Assembly (NCBI RefSeq): GCF_006345805.1
Contig: NC_043008.1
Location: 68,696,001-68,760,000 of the forward strand
Length of the DNA: 64,000 bases
Reading direction: 5' to 3'
DNA from: Octopus sinensis
Lineage: Eukaryota
The position numbers and the translations under genes were made by a program. Position 1 is the first letter of the stretch. Each line of letters starts with the position of its first letter. This document shows positions 1 to 11,628 of this stretch, piece by piece. The notes below the pieces were generated by a model. It was not told the origin of the DNA and ran no database searches. It saw only the letters and a list, made by a program, of their open reading frames with translations.

Positions 1-945
1 CACCCACACGACATTAAAAAAATTATTATGCGTGACAAAACTCACAATACCTGTATAAATCTACAGATAACTGAATATGTCATAGCGATACCTGATCAGA
101 TTAGCACTAATGTCTGCTGCTACAATCCATAGCGTGCAAGGAGAGGTCATTAGCGTTCATTATGTAGGGAGGAACCAGACACAATAAAAATAGGAAAATA
201 GAATAACAGAAGAATTAAAATAATAATAATAAATATAATGGTTTTGACAATGATAATGGAACAATAAAATGACAAAATAGAGGGTAATAAGACCTAATAT
301 AGAGACGTGTACCAGTAGTGTCTCGTAATGCCAAGAAATAAAAAAAGAAACCTACTACTACTACTACTACTACTACACTACCCTACCAGCACCACCACCA
401 GCACCACCACCGCCGCCGGCCGCCACCACCACCACCACCGCCGCCTCCGCCGCCGCCGCTGCCTTCGCCACTGCCGCCGCTACCGCGCATGCAAACGTAC
501 ACGCACACACAAATATACAAAACCAAGGAAGTAGACTAACTTTTAATGCAAAGAAGTTTAATACTCAGTTACGCTTATTTTGGTGTGATTCCATTTTCCA
601 CCCACACGACATTAAAAAAATTATTATGCGTGACAAAACTCACAATACCTGTATAAATCTACAGATAACTGAATATGTCATAGCGATACCTGATCAGATT
701 AGCACTAATGTCTGCTGCTACAATCCATAGCGTGCAAGGAGAGGTCATTAGCGTTCATTATGTAGGGAGGAACCAGACACAATAAAAATAGGAAAATAGA
801 ATAACAGAAGAATTAAAATAATAATAATAAATATAATGGTTTTGACAATGATAATGGAACAATAAAATGACAAAATAGAGGGTAATAAAGACCTAATATA
901 GAGACGTGTACCAGTAGTGTCTCGGTAATGCCAAGAATATTAAAA
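1..945. repeat. Tandem duplication, ~598-bp period (1-~345 repeated at 599-~945)
   Basis: CACCCACACGACATTAAAAAAATTATTATGCG... occurs at 1 and 599; the copies differ by small indels near the following (CTA)n/(CCA)n tract. Confidence 0.9.
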
Positions 946-953
946 AAAAGAAA

Positions 954-986
<33 letters not shown>

Positions 987-1068
987 ACTACCAGCACCAC
1001 CACCAGCACCACCACCGCCGCCGCCACCACCACCACCACCGCCGCCACCTCCACCACCACCACCACTA

Positions 1069-1108
<40 letters not shown>

Positions 1109-1173
1109 CACCACCACCACCACCACCACCACTGCTACTACTACTACTACTACTACTACTACCACTACTACTA

Positions 1174-1209
<36 letters not shown>

Positions 1210-1210
1210 T
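954..1210. repeat. Compound (CTA)n/(CCA)n/(CCG)n microsatellite
   Basis: Directly visible; explains the poly-T/P/L/V ORFs. Confidence 0.95.
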
Positions 1211-1277
1211 ATATACGTACATACATATAAATATATACATGTACATATATACAGAAATATATATGTATGTATGTATG

Positions 1278-1316
<39 letters not shown>

Positions 1317-1527
1317 TGTAGCTGTTGTTGTTATTGTGTTGGTGGTGGTGGTGATTCTGTCAACTAATCCACTTGCTTCACGCTTTGGAAAGTGTATGAA
1401 ATGAAAACGTTCATTATTTGAAAAAATGTTTAAGAATAAGCAACAAGAGGGGCACCTGGTTTTACAGCAACGGTTCAATAATATATTCGTTTAACCCATG
1501 CGTGCATGGGAAAACGATGAAAAGCGA

Positions 1528-1608
<81 letters not shown>

Positions 1609-1680
1609 CCTATCTATCCACACACTTCAGTTTATTTACCTGATGGTGAGGACGACCATGAAATGACCTTATCTCGTACA

Positions 1681-2920
1681 GGCGTTGGCGTAGCTGTGTA
1701 GTAAGAAGATTGCTTCCCAGCCATGTGATCTGGTGGTCCTGTGTTCAGTCCCACTGTACGGTAACTTGGGTAAATGTTTTCTACTATAGCCTCAAGCCGA
1801 CCAAAACCTTGGGAGTGGATTTGGTAGACGGAAACTGAAAGAAGCCCGTCGTATATATATATATTTATATATCTATTCCTGTGTGTGTGAGTGCGTGTGT
1901 GTATCTATGTGTGTATGTGCGTGTCTTTGTGGTTTGTGTTTGGGATCTTTTCCTTTTGAACGGCAGTTTTCAACAAAATTTCTAGTTAACTAAAAACTTT
2001 TAAACTTCGTATACTGGTAGAATGTGTCAAAATAAAACATTTTTTTCTCTTGGCTTTCTTGAGAAAATTGTAATTTGTTTGTTTAACGTAGTTTAATTTT
2101 TCGAATTTTAACCAATGAATCGCCTCTAGTGAGCTAAAATCATAGGCTGCGTCTAAAACTGAGACAAAATCCTGTCACTAGCCCTAACCCTCACCCTCAC
2201 CCTAACCCTAACCCTAAATTTTAGCCTTTTGTTTTTTTTTTCTTAATTGTTACGCGTGTGTCTAAAATTATTCGTTTTGTTTTTATTTTGAGTTTTTGCT
2301 TTTGTTTTAGCCTTTCGTTATGTATACGTTCGGAAAGCGTGTGTATAAAATTATAGAATTATTTTGTTTGTTAATTGTTTAAATTATTTTCCATTGCTTT
2401 AGTTTTAGTATTTCGTTTCTTTTTCTTAATTGTTATCCTTAAATTAATTTAACAATTGAGCAAAAAAACCCCAAAGGCTAAAATTTAGGGTTAGGGTGAG
2501 GGTGAGGGTTAGGGTTAGGGTTAGGGTTACGGTTAGTGACAGGATGTTGTCTCAGTTTTAAACGCAGCAAATGATTTTAGCTCAATTAGAGGCAATTGAT
2601 TGGTTAAAATTCGAAAAATTAAACTACGTTAAACATACGAATTACAATTTTCTCAAGAAAGCCAAGAGAAAAAAATGTTTTATTTTGACACATTCTACCA
2701 GTATACGAAGTTTTAAAGTGTTTAGTTAACTAGAAATTGTGTTGACATGTGCCGTTCAAAAGGAAAAGATCCTGTGTTTGTCCACCACTACTGCCAGACA
2801 AAAAAGATCGATTGAATAAGAACCAGATTTAGAAAAATAAGTACGGGGTCAATTTATTTGACTAAACCCTTCAAGGTAATGCCCCAGCATGGCCGCAATT
2901 CAGTGAAGCAAGTAAAAGAT
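1681..2920 (+). mobile_element. tRNA-derived SINE family B (internal TA/TG tract), split by a MITE insertion at 1943-2772
   Basis: Head GTAGCTGTGTAGTAAGAAGATTGCTTCCCA...GTTCAGTCCCACTG; body TTTGGTAGACGGAAACTGAAAGAAGCCCGTCG; tail GCCCCAGCATGGCCGC...AAGTAAAAGA resumes after 2780; same family recurs throughout the window. Confidence 0.85.
1943..2772. mobile_element. Non-autonomous DNA transposon with ~285-bp TIRs, 8-bp TSD and internal telomere-type repeats (Merlin-like MITE)
   Basis: Ends GGATCTTTTCCTTTTGAACGGCA / TGCCGTTCAAAAGGAAAAGATCC (23-nt perfect inverted match, long imperfect arms behind it); TGTGTTTG duplicated at 1935-1942 and 2773-2780; (CCCTAA/CCCTCA)x6 at 2182-2217 and (TTAGGG/TGAGGG) x7 plus TTACGG at 2485-2532. 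Merlin assignment is inferred from GG termini plus 8-bp TSD. Confidence 0.9.
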
Positions 2921-3291
2921 ACCCAGTCGCCAGGTCCCATCTCTGACCGACAACCAGGAAAGTGTTGAGAGGCAGAAATAGTGGCGATCGTCTTCGTACT
3001 TTTAAACCTTAACTGGCCAAATCCAGCCCAAATGCTCTTCCTGTTTTATGTGCAAACTGAGTGGATCAGACCTCTCACAACTACCCTGCAGTAAACAAAC
3101 GCATTATCGAAACCGCAAAGCTACAAGATAGTGCATGATTAATTCAAAGCAATTATAATAAATAAGCTGTATATTTGACAGGCTAATCCAAATGCTAAAG
3201 GCTTAATCCAGAATGGGGTCGAAATATTCCTGTCATTACATAAAAAAAAACTATATATTTACAATAAATACAGGAGCCTGACCGGCCAATT

Positions 3292-3685
3292 TTTTCTTTA
3301 CTACCCTCAAGGGGCTAAACGCAGAGGGGACAAACAAGGACAAAGGGATTAAGTCGATTATATCGACCCCAGTGCGTAACTGGTACATATTTAATCAACC
3401 CCGAAAGGATGAAAGGCAAAGTCGACCTCGGCAGAATTTGAACTCAGAACATAACGGCAGACGAAATACATATTTCTTTACTACCCACAAGGGGCTAAAC
3501 ACAGAGGGGACAAACAAGGACAGACAAACGGATTAAGTCGATTACATCAACACCAGTGTGTAACTGGTACTTATTTAATCGACCCCGAAAGGATGAAAGG
3601 CAAAGTCGACCTCGGCAGAATTTGAACTCAGAACGTAACGGCAGACAAAGCATTTCGCCCGGCGCGCTAACGTTTCTGCCAGCTC
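3292..3685 (-). mobile_element. tRNA-derived SINE family C with tandemly duplicated ~185-bp body
   Basis: TTTCTTTACTACCC...GGCAAAGTCGACCTCGGCAGAATTTGAACTCAGAAC occurs twice (from ~3292 and ~3473); head reads GAGCTGGCAGAAACGTTAGC on the minus strand. Confidence 0.85.
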
Positions 3686-4464
3686 CCCGGCCGCTATCAA
3701 TTTCTACCTGTTTCCATCGAAACGTCAGGGGTTCTCGGACTTCGTACTATCGATCACTTCCGCAAAATAGCGGCTCGTCGGAGAAATTAGCCCCGTGAGG
3801 TGGAATGAATGTTGCAGTGAGTATTACTGGCTTTTCTCCGCGGCAACATCTCGGTCATTATTGCGAGGTGCGACTGAGCATCCCACCACTTGTTCTGGGG
3901 TATATGACCCATCTCCTCCTTCCCCTCCATTTTCTGATACTCCACCTCCCTTTTTCTTTTCTTTCTGTTCCTTTCTTATCTCTCTTGATTCTTATTTTTT
4001 TTAAAATAAAAGTCATCTATTCTCTTATGTCATTCGTATGATATTATTTTCCTTCGCTCCTGCTTTTCCTCTTCTGGAATACTTCACATTTTTGGAGGTA
4101 GGTGGTGTGTGCGTCGTAGAAGTATTTATTTATTGAATGTAAATAATGGAGTGCAAACTTCAGTTGTAGTTAAACTGCAACTGGATTCACTCCTGTAATC
4201 TTCACCACCACCCAAAGTAAAGTATTCTATAAACAGAAAGCTGTATGTGTGTGTATATGTATGCATACATGCACACTCTCTCTCTCTCTCACACACACAC
4301 ATATACATTTATATATATATATATACACATATATGTATGTGTATACACACCCAGACACACATATAAGTATATATGTCTTAGATTAGCTCTTCGGTTGTCT
4401 GAAGACATTGATGTATGGAAACATTAACCCTTCATTTGGTGAAAGAAAAAAAACATAAAACAGA

Positions 4465-4495
<31 letters not shown>

Positions 4496-4496
4496 G

Positions 4497-4543
<47 letters not shown>

Positions 4544-4678
4544 GCTGCGACTACTGCTGCGACTACTGCTGCTGCTGCTAGTATAACTACTTCTACTGCA
4601 GCAAATAGAAAGTCATTGGAAATTAAAAAAACAAAAGATAACTGAAGCCAAAATTTTCTTTGTGGAAAGTTAAGTACA

Positions 4679-4715
<37 letters not shown>

Positions 4716-5681
4716 GAGAGAGAGGGAGAGAGAGAGAGGGAGAGAGAGAGAGAGAGTATTATGAGAGTGAGTTTGGTTTGTAACGTAGACACACTGAACA
4801 GTCAGTACAGTAATTATCCGAAGAAGGAGGGGGGAAAAGAGAAGAGTTGTGAGGTGGTGGCTGTGGAGAGAAGACATCAAAGACAAAATAAATAAACAAA
4901 ATAAGAGAAATAAAATATACGAGGAAAATATAAAAGAAAATATATGTATTTTTTTCATTCGTAAAAGTCATTGATATTTTTTGGTTAAAGTAAAGAATGT
5001 TAGAAAACAAAGAAAAATATCGAAAATAACTAATAAAATAGGAAGCAAACAAAACAAAAAGCCCTCCTGAAATATTCACAAAAAAAAGTAATAAATTACA
5101 ATAAAAGTATTACAACGAAGACAAGTACAAGAATATCGTAACAAGGAACATCAACAAAAATGACAAGAACAACAACAACAACAAAATAGAATTAACAATA
5201 AAAACAACAACAGATAGCAACAACAAAAGCAATAATAACAACGACAACGACCACAGCCAATTACAACAGCAACAATCAATAAGTACAACAGTAGCTAAAG
5301 AGGGCAAAAAGTAACAAAAGTGAAATAGAAGACAATATCTCAGTTCACACTGAAATTACTAAACATTTTGTAAGCAAGAATAGCAAAATAAAAATTGAAA
5401 TTTCAATATCCAGTTAAAGTTTAGTCAATTATTTTCCTTCATAATTTTTGTTGGTAATGCTTTTGTGTGAAAAGTATGAATGCCCAAACATCTCATTTTC
5501 TGTATTTCTGTTGTTGTTTTTTTTTAATTCTATAAAGCTTTTTAAGAAATTATTTTGTCTGTGTTAAAATGTTTAACGCGAAGAAAATTAAAAAGTTAAT
5601 TAGAAATAACTATGTAATGAGAAAAGAAAACCCGGTCGACATATTCGTCATCTTAATGACTCCGGTTTTTCATGCAACTAA

Positions 5682-6005
5682 GGAGCACTCCGTCGGTTAC
5701 GACGACGAGGGTCCCAGCTGATACGATCAACGGAACAGGTTGCTCGTGAAATTAACGTGCAAGTGGCTGAGCATTCCACAGACACGTGTACCCTTAACGC
5801 AGTTCGTAAGGAGATTCAGCGTGACACAGAATGTGACAAGGCTGGCCCTTTGAAATACAGGTACTACTCATTTTTGCTAGCTGAGTGAACTGGAGCAACG
5901 TGAAATAAAGTGTCTTGCTCAAGGACACAACGCCTCGCCGGGAATCGAAGTCACAACCTTATGATTATGAGCCGAATGCTCTAACCACTAAGCCACGCGC
6001 CCTCA
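5682..6005 (-). mobile_element. Full-length tRNA-derived SINE family A
   Basis: Minus-strand head GGCGCGTGGCTTAGTGGTTAGAGCATTCGG (A box) ...GTGACTTCGATTCCC (B box); central CACTCAGCTAGCAAAAATGAGTAGTACC; tail GTCGTCGTAACCGACGGAGTGCTCC; homologous to 9460-9670, 10783-11087, 30274-30515. Confidence 0.85.
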
Positions 6006-6369
6006 CTTTCATGCAATTATTACGTTCTGAGCGATGACATACATATTCATTCCGAATATGTTCCAGCAGATTTTGAACACGAAAATGTAAAGTTCTGTTG
6101 TATTTCGTCATCAAGGAAAGTCTAATTTCAGACGAATGTGTGTTTATAGCACACTGGATTCTTTGGATTAAGGGAACTTTGGGACACCGGTGTTTCGACC
6201 TTGTGCGTCTCACTAGCCAAAGCTGCTCCGGATTAGTTAACCTAACAAATGTTTTTGGCTCTTCTTTATAGGATTTACTAAACAAGTTATATGCTGATGC
6301 GTGTTGGTGCTCATCAGCCTATAGCAAATCGTTATGTGCACGGTAAGCAGTGAGAATCAAAACGATGAT

Positions 6370-6915
6370 ATATGGAACCCCTATCTTGCCCAGGATATTA
6401 ATCGTCTGGAAACCGTTCAGCGACGTGCAACCAAGAGAATACCCTCCATCAGGCATTTGCCATATTCTGAACGCCTTACTTCCCTGGGCATGGATACATT
6501 GGAACTCCGACGTCTGGCAGCTGACGTGGCAGACACCCATAAAATTATTAACCATCTTATTAACAATAACTCTGGGCACCTTTTCAAACTCCACCGGTCT
6601 AACACTCGTGGACATGTTTACAAAGTCAGAAAACAGCACAGCTCCCATTACTTTCGGAAACATTTTTTCACGCTAAGAGTTGCTGAAGCATGGAACAAAC
6701 TGCCGGCATCAGTTGTTAGTTGTCGGAGCACTTCATCCTTCAAAACTTCCATGCTTCCTGAGATTCGCCAACACCACACCTGATTTTCTCCCCTCCATAC
6801 ACACGCAAGCTTGTATCTGACTCATACACTGTTCACTTTCCAGACATTTGTACATTACTGCATATGCTTTATACGCACTTTTGACAAGTTGTAGTGCACC
6901 TGAGCACTGTATACA
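6370..6915 (+). mobile_element. 5'-truncated CR1-clade LINE (C-terminus of ORF2 plus 3' UTR)
   Basis: WNPYLAQDINRLETVQRRATKRIP..LPYSERL..LG..TLELRRL..D...HKII...TRGH.YKVRKQH...RKHFFTLRVAEAWNKLPASVV matches the CR1 ORF2 C-terminal pattern; open frame to the stop at 6783; followed by (ATT)n. Confidence 0.9.
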
Positions 6916-6920
6916 ATAAT

Positions 6921-7090
<170 letters not shown>

Positions 7091-7144
7091 TCTTTTTCGA
7101 TATGTTCCGACAGTTTCGAGTATGAATATGCCAATTACTGAAAA

Positions 7145-7360
7145 GCGGTGAGCGTGCAGAATCATTAGCAAGCCGGAAAAAATGCTAAACGGCATTTCGT
7201 CCACTTTTAGGTTCTGAGTTCAAATTCCACAGGGTTGACTTTGCCTTTCATTCCTTACTGATCGATAAAATAAATACCTGTTGAGTATTGGGGTCGATGT
7301 AATCAACGTATCCCCCCCGCCCCGAAATTGCTAGCCTTGTGCCTAAATTTGAAACCAATA
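7145..7360 (+). mobile_element. SINE family C copy
   Basis: GCGGTGAGCGTGCAGAATCATTAGC...GTTCTGAGTTCAAATTCC...GACTTTGCCTTTCA...GGGGTCGATGTAATC. Confidence 0.75.
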
Positions 7361-7486
7361 TCCTAATCACTGATGGATTTCATCCTAAAGGAATGTTAGG
7401 TACATTGACTATTCTGAAGATGGCCGAAGCATTTGACGTTCTCGTGCATCACTATTGAAACGATTTTCGAATCTCTCTGATATAAA

Positions 7487-7704
7487 CAAGGGGGTGCTGA
7501 AAAGTTCCTGGCTTTGGGTAAAAGAAGATACAGGAGGATCAGTTAATTATGATTTTATTCAGCATATTCCTTTCTCAGATTCACACACTTATTGCAACGG
7601 TCCTTCATTTTTTTCTAAGCCCTGTAAAAAGAACTCAGAAGTTTGGGCCTCCAATCAGGCCTTTCGCAATAACCTTAAAGCCAGGAACTTTTCCGCACCC
7701 CTCG
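7487..7704. mobile_element. Mariner-type MITE (218 bp)
   Basis: TIRs CAAGGGGGTGCTGAAAAGTTCCTGGCTTT / AAAGCCAGGAACTTTTCCGCACCCCTCG, right end followed by TA. Confidence 0.8.
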
Positions 7705-8020
7705 TAGTGTGAATACAGTATCATGCCATGAATGGTTTTTATAAGTTAAGCATGATATACAGATGGCTATTGTGAATGTTTAATTACTCTCTACAGATCG
7801 GACCAAAGGCTGGTTTTGATTTGTGATTTTGTATAAGGGGTCACCAGGACTGTAGCGCCACAAAAACATGGGATATTAAATATTAGCTCTCATATCACTT
7901 CGTAACTTCACTTTACAAAGATTAAAAAAGAAACAAGGGAAAAAATATAAAAAACATAAAAAACCCGAATCAAAGGGGGCAGTGAAGAAAAAATGTCTCT
8001 TTAAAGTGATCAATATTCTT

Positions 8021-8404
8021 TTTTATTCTTTTCTTTCTTTTACTTGTTTCAGTCATTTGACTGCGGTCATGCTGGAGCACCGCCTTTACTCGAACAAATC
8101 GGCCTCAGGACTTATTCTTTGTAAACCTGGTACTTATTCTATTGGTCTCTTTTGCCGAACCGCCAAGTTACGGGGACGTAAACACACCAACTTCAGCTGT
8201 CAAGCGATGGTGAGGGGGAACAAACACACACACACACACACATACGACGGTCATCTTTCAGTTTCTGTCTACCAAATCCATTCACAAGGCTTTGGTCGGC
8301 CTGAGGCTATAGTAGAAGACACTTGCCCAAGGTGCTACGCAGTGGGACTGAACCCGTAACCATGTGGTTGGTAAGCAAGCTACATATCACACAGCCACTC
8401 CTGC
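8021..8404 (-). mobile_element. Full-length SINE family B, 90 nt upstream of the receptor splice acceptor
   Basis: Minus strand GCAGGAGTGGCTGTGTGATATGTAGCTTGCTTACCAACCACATGG...CAAATGACTGAAACAAGTAAAAGA. Confidence 0.85.
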
Positions 8405-8494
8405 TCCTATATAATAATTTTTTTAAAACGATTTTTTTTGTGATAATCTAATATATCTTTTATTTTTTCCTTTTACTAAATTTTTTTTTAATAG

Positions 8495-8794
8495 GACAAC
8501 ATTGCATACACGGCAGAACTGACGCCTTCTACCGAGAATACTTGTAAAGAGTTATCTCTTAGATGCAGCAAGGATTTCTGGAGCGGGAACCATGTGACAG
8601 AACGAAGATATTCGAGCTCTCACCTCAAGCTGATCAATCAACTCAGGCATCACATTAGAGACAGAGAAGAGACAAGAAACTTGTGTAAAGAATATGAGAA
8701 CATCGCATTTATAATTAATCGTATCTTTACGGTGTTTGCTATTGTTATCTACATTATATTATCGAGCGTATTCAATTTAATTGTCTATACTTAA
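8495..8794 (+). CDS. Terminal coding exon of a divergent nicotinic-ACh-receptor-like (cationic Cys-loop) channel subunit: M3-M4 loop end, MA helix, M4
   Basis: Polypyrimidine tract and acceptor TTTTTTCCTTTTACTAAATTTTTTTTTAATAG at 8463-8494, whose TAG is an in-frame stop, so splicing is required; 99 open codons DNIAYTAELTPSTENTCKELSLRCSKDFWSGNHVTERRYSSSHLKLINQLRHHIRDREETRNLCKEYENIAFIINRIFTVFAIVIYIILSSVFNLIVYT*; KEYENIAFIINRIF followed by a hydrophobic helix parallels the nAChR EWxxVAxVxDRxF-M4 motif. Confidence 0.75.
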   Translation, partial: DNIAYTAELTPSTENTCKELSLRCSKDFWSGNHVTERRYSSSHLKLINQLRHHIRDREETRNLCKEYENIAFIINRIFTVFAIVIYIILSSVFNLIVYT

Positions 8795-8809
8795 TTACTG
8801 CAATGCATC

Positions 8810-9068
<259 letters not shown>

Positions 9069-9192
9069 TGGCTGCAATTAAATCAGCTTGCAAATACGCA
9101 TTTACTAAAATTATACTAGGGCTAAACCCGAAGAGCCCGAGAGCCGGAGTCGCCACTGACACATACATGCATACATGCATAATGTATGTGTG

Positions 9193-9281
<89 letters not shown>

Positions 9282-9375
9282 GTATATATGTATAATATAC
9301 AGATATATATATGTTATTCACTCATCTAACATGTACAGTATAACTGTATATGAGTACACACACACACACACACAC

Positions 9376-9459
<84 letters not shown>

Positions 9460-9461
<2 letters not shown>

Positions 9462-9670
9462 AGCACTCCGTCGGTTACAGCGACGAGGGTCCAGCTGATA
9501 CGATCAATGGAACAGCCTGCTCGTGAAATCAACGTGAAAGTAGCTGAGCACTCCACAGACACATGTACCTTTAACATAGTTCTCAGGGAGATTCAGCGTG
9601 ACACAGATTGTGAAAAGGCTGGCTTTTTGAAATGCAGGTACTACTCATTTTTGCCAGCTGAGTGGACTGG
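9460..9670 (-). mobile_element. SINE family A, head-less copy
   Basis: GGAGCACTCCGTCGGTTACAG...TCATTTTTGCCAGCTGAGTGGACTGG. Confidence 0.8.
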
Positions 9671-10019
9671 ACGGAAATTTTTGATAGATTGAAATTTAAA
9701 TCCTAATCTCTATAGAAATTTATTGTTTAAAAAAAACATTGAATTTGAAATACTTTTAATTTTTAAGATTATAGATAACAACTCGGGCTGTAACTTCTGA
9801 GCCCGAGTGAGGCGCGTGTCAACGATGTCGAGAAAACATCTGCTACGAATGATATTTTTTGACACATGACATCCCTAAGACGACCGTGAGACGCTGAACG
9901 GAAATAAATGAACTGCGACCAGGCTCAATAAAAGGAGCCCGAGTTATTGGCTGCATTTACATACTTGAAGTCAGTGTTGGCAGCAATTAAATCAGCTTGC
10001 AAATACGCATTTACTAACC

Positions 10020-10285
10020 GCTAGGTTACGGGGACGTTAACAAGTCAGCATCGGTTGTCCAATGATATCGGGGGACACACAGACACACAAACACATACAC
10101 AGATATATATATATACATATACATATATACGACGGGCTTCTTTCAGTTTCCGTCTACCAAATCCACTCACAAGTCTTTGGTCGGCCCAAGGCTATAGTAG
10201 AAGACATTTGCCTAAGGTGCCACGCATTGGGACTGAACCCGGAACCATGTAGTTCGTAAGCAAGCTACTTACCGCACAGCCACTC
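10020..10285 (-). mobile_element. SINE family B copy
   Basis: GACGGGCTTCTTTCAGTTTCCGTCTACCAAATCCACTCACAAG...CTTACCGCACAGCCACTC. Confidence 0.8.
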
Positions 10286-10350
10286 GTGTATATATCAATG
10301 TTTGTTTTATGTTCAATTATATATAAACAATTTTGCATTTATCTGATGGG

Positions 10351-10532
10351 TTACTCTACACTTTTATGGAGTACAAATTATTATTACTATACAAGAATGT
10401 TCTTTGCAGGGACTTCGAAGCTTCGGCCAGATAAGCCATCGCCAGGCTGCTTAGCTGGTCGAAGCTTCGAAGTCCCTGCAAAGAACATTCTTGTATAGTA
10501 ATAATACTTTGTACTCACAAAAGTGTGAGTAA
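10351..10532. repeat. Near-perfect fold-back palindrome (~180 bp), MITE-like
   Basis: Arm TATTATTACTATACAAGAATGTTCTTTGCAGGGACTTCGAAGCTTCG(G/A)CCAG(A/C)TAAGC and its reverse complement around a ~12-nt loop; the ORF track gives the same peptide (YYYYTRMFFAGTSKLRP) on both strands. Confidence 0.9.
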
Positions 10533-10682
10533 GAATAATAAGTATATAAGTATATATACATATATACATACATACATACATACATACATACATACATACA
10601 TACATACATTACATACATATATATATGTATATATATTGCATGTATATGTATATAAATATATATAATAAATATATATATATAA

Positions 10683-10737
<55 letters not shown>

Positions 10738-10782
10738 AAATAAATGTGTGTGTATATATTTGTAAATTCATATTCCCGCATG

Positions 10783-11087
10783 AAGGCGCGGTGGGTAAGT
10801 GGTTAGGTATTCAAACAACCGATCGTATGATCACGTCTTCAATAGCGGGCGGCACATTATGCCCTTGAGCGAGATACTTTACTTCATGTTGGCTGTAGTC
10901 AATTCAGCTGTCAAAATTGAGTTGCATCTGTATTTCAATGGGGGCATCCATGTCACATTCTGTGTCATACTGAATTTTCCTGAGAACTACGCTAAGGGTA
11001 CGCATGTCTGTGGAGTGATTTCAGGAGCAGGACATTCCTTTGATCGGATCAACTGGAACACTCGTCATAGTGATCGACGGAGTGCCA
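10783..11087 (+). mobile_element. SINE family A, near full length
   Basis: GAAGGCGCGGTGGGTAAGTGGTTAGG...TTGAGCGAGATACTTTACTTCATGTTG...GATCGACGGAGTGCC. Confidence 0.75.
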
Positions 11088-11461
11088 ACTATACATATTT
11101 ACTACTATTACTACTACGAGTATATATAGTAGCAATAATTATTATAATATAATTATATATGCACTACAAACAACCAGTATTTAGAAAACCATGTATATTC
11201 GAGTGATGCCTTTTATTGTCCGAGTTTTATTTAACTGGGGAGGGTAAATATTATATATAGAAAATAAAACACTGTAGGAGAGATTGCTTATTAAAAATTA
11301 ATTTACAACTCTATAACTAATTATCTCACGAACAATCTCCCCTGTTACATATTTATATATATGCTATATATATATATATGTATATATATATATAATATAT
11401 ATATATATATGTATATATATATATTATAGTGTGTGCGTGTATGTGTGTGTGTGTGTGTATG

Positions 11462-11492
<31 letters not shown>

Positions 11493-11574
11493 CATTCTAT
11501 CTAAATATCTATGTATCTATGTATCTATCTATCTATCTATCTATCTCCTCCTCTCTCTCCCTATATACATATAC

Positions 11575-11628
<54 letters not shown>

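Noticed and set aside
674-760. Signal-peptide-like MS*RYLIRLALMSAATIHSVQG that A-to-I editing (UAG to UGG) could open
   Set aside because: No good donor and no downstream ECD exons before 8495; purely speculative.
4005-4097. Possible penultimate receptor exon (VIRMILFSFAPAFPLL..., GAG|GTAGGT donor, phase 0)
   Set aside because: An in-frame stop at 4002-4004, no credible acceptor, and pyrimidine-rich intron-like composition; it cannot contain M3.
5965-6285. 106-aa minus ORF with faint integrase-like text (LIQRIQCAINTH)
   Set aside because: No catalytic motif; it runs into a SINE and cannot be assigned.
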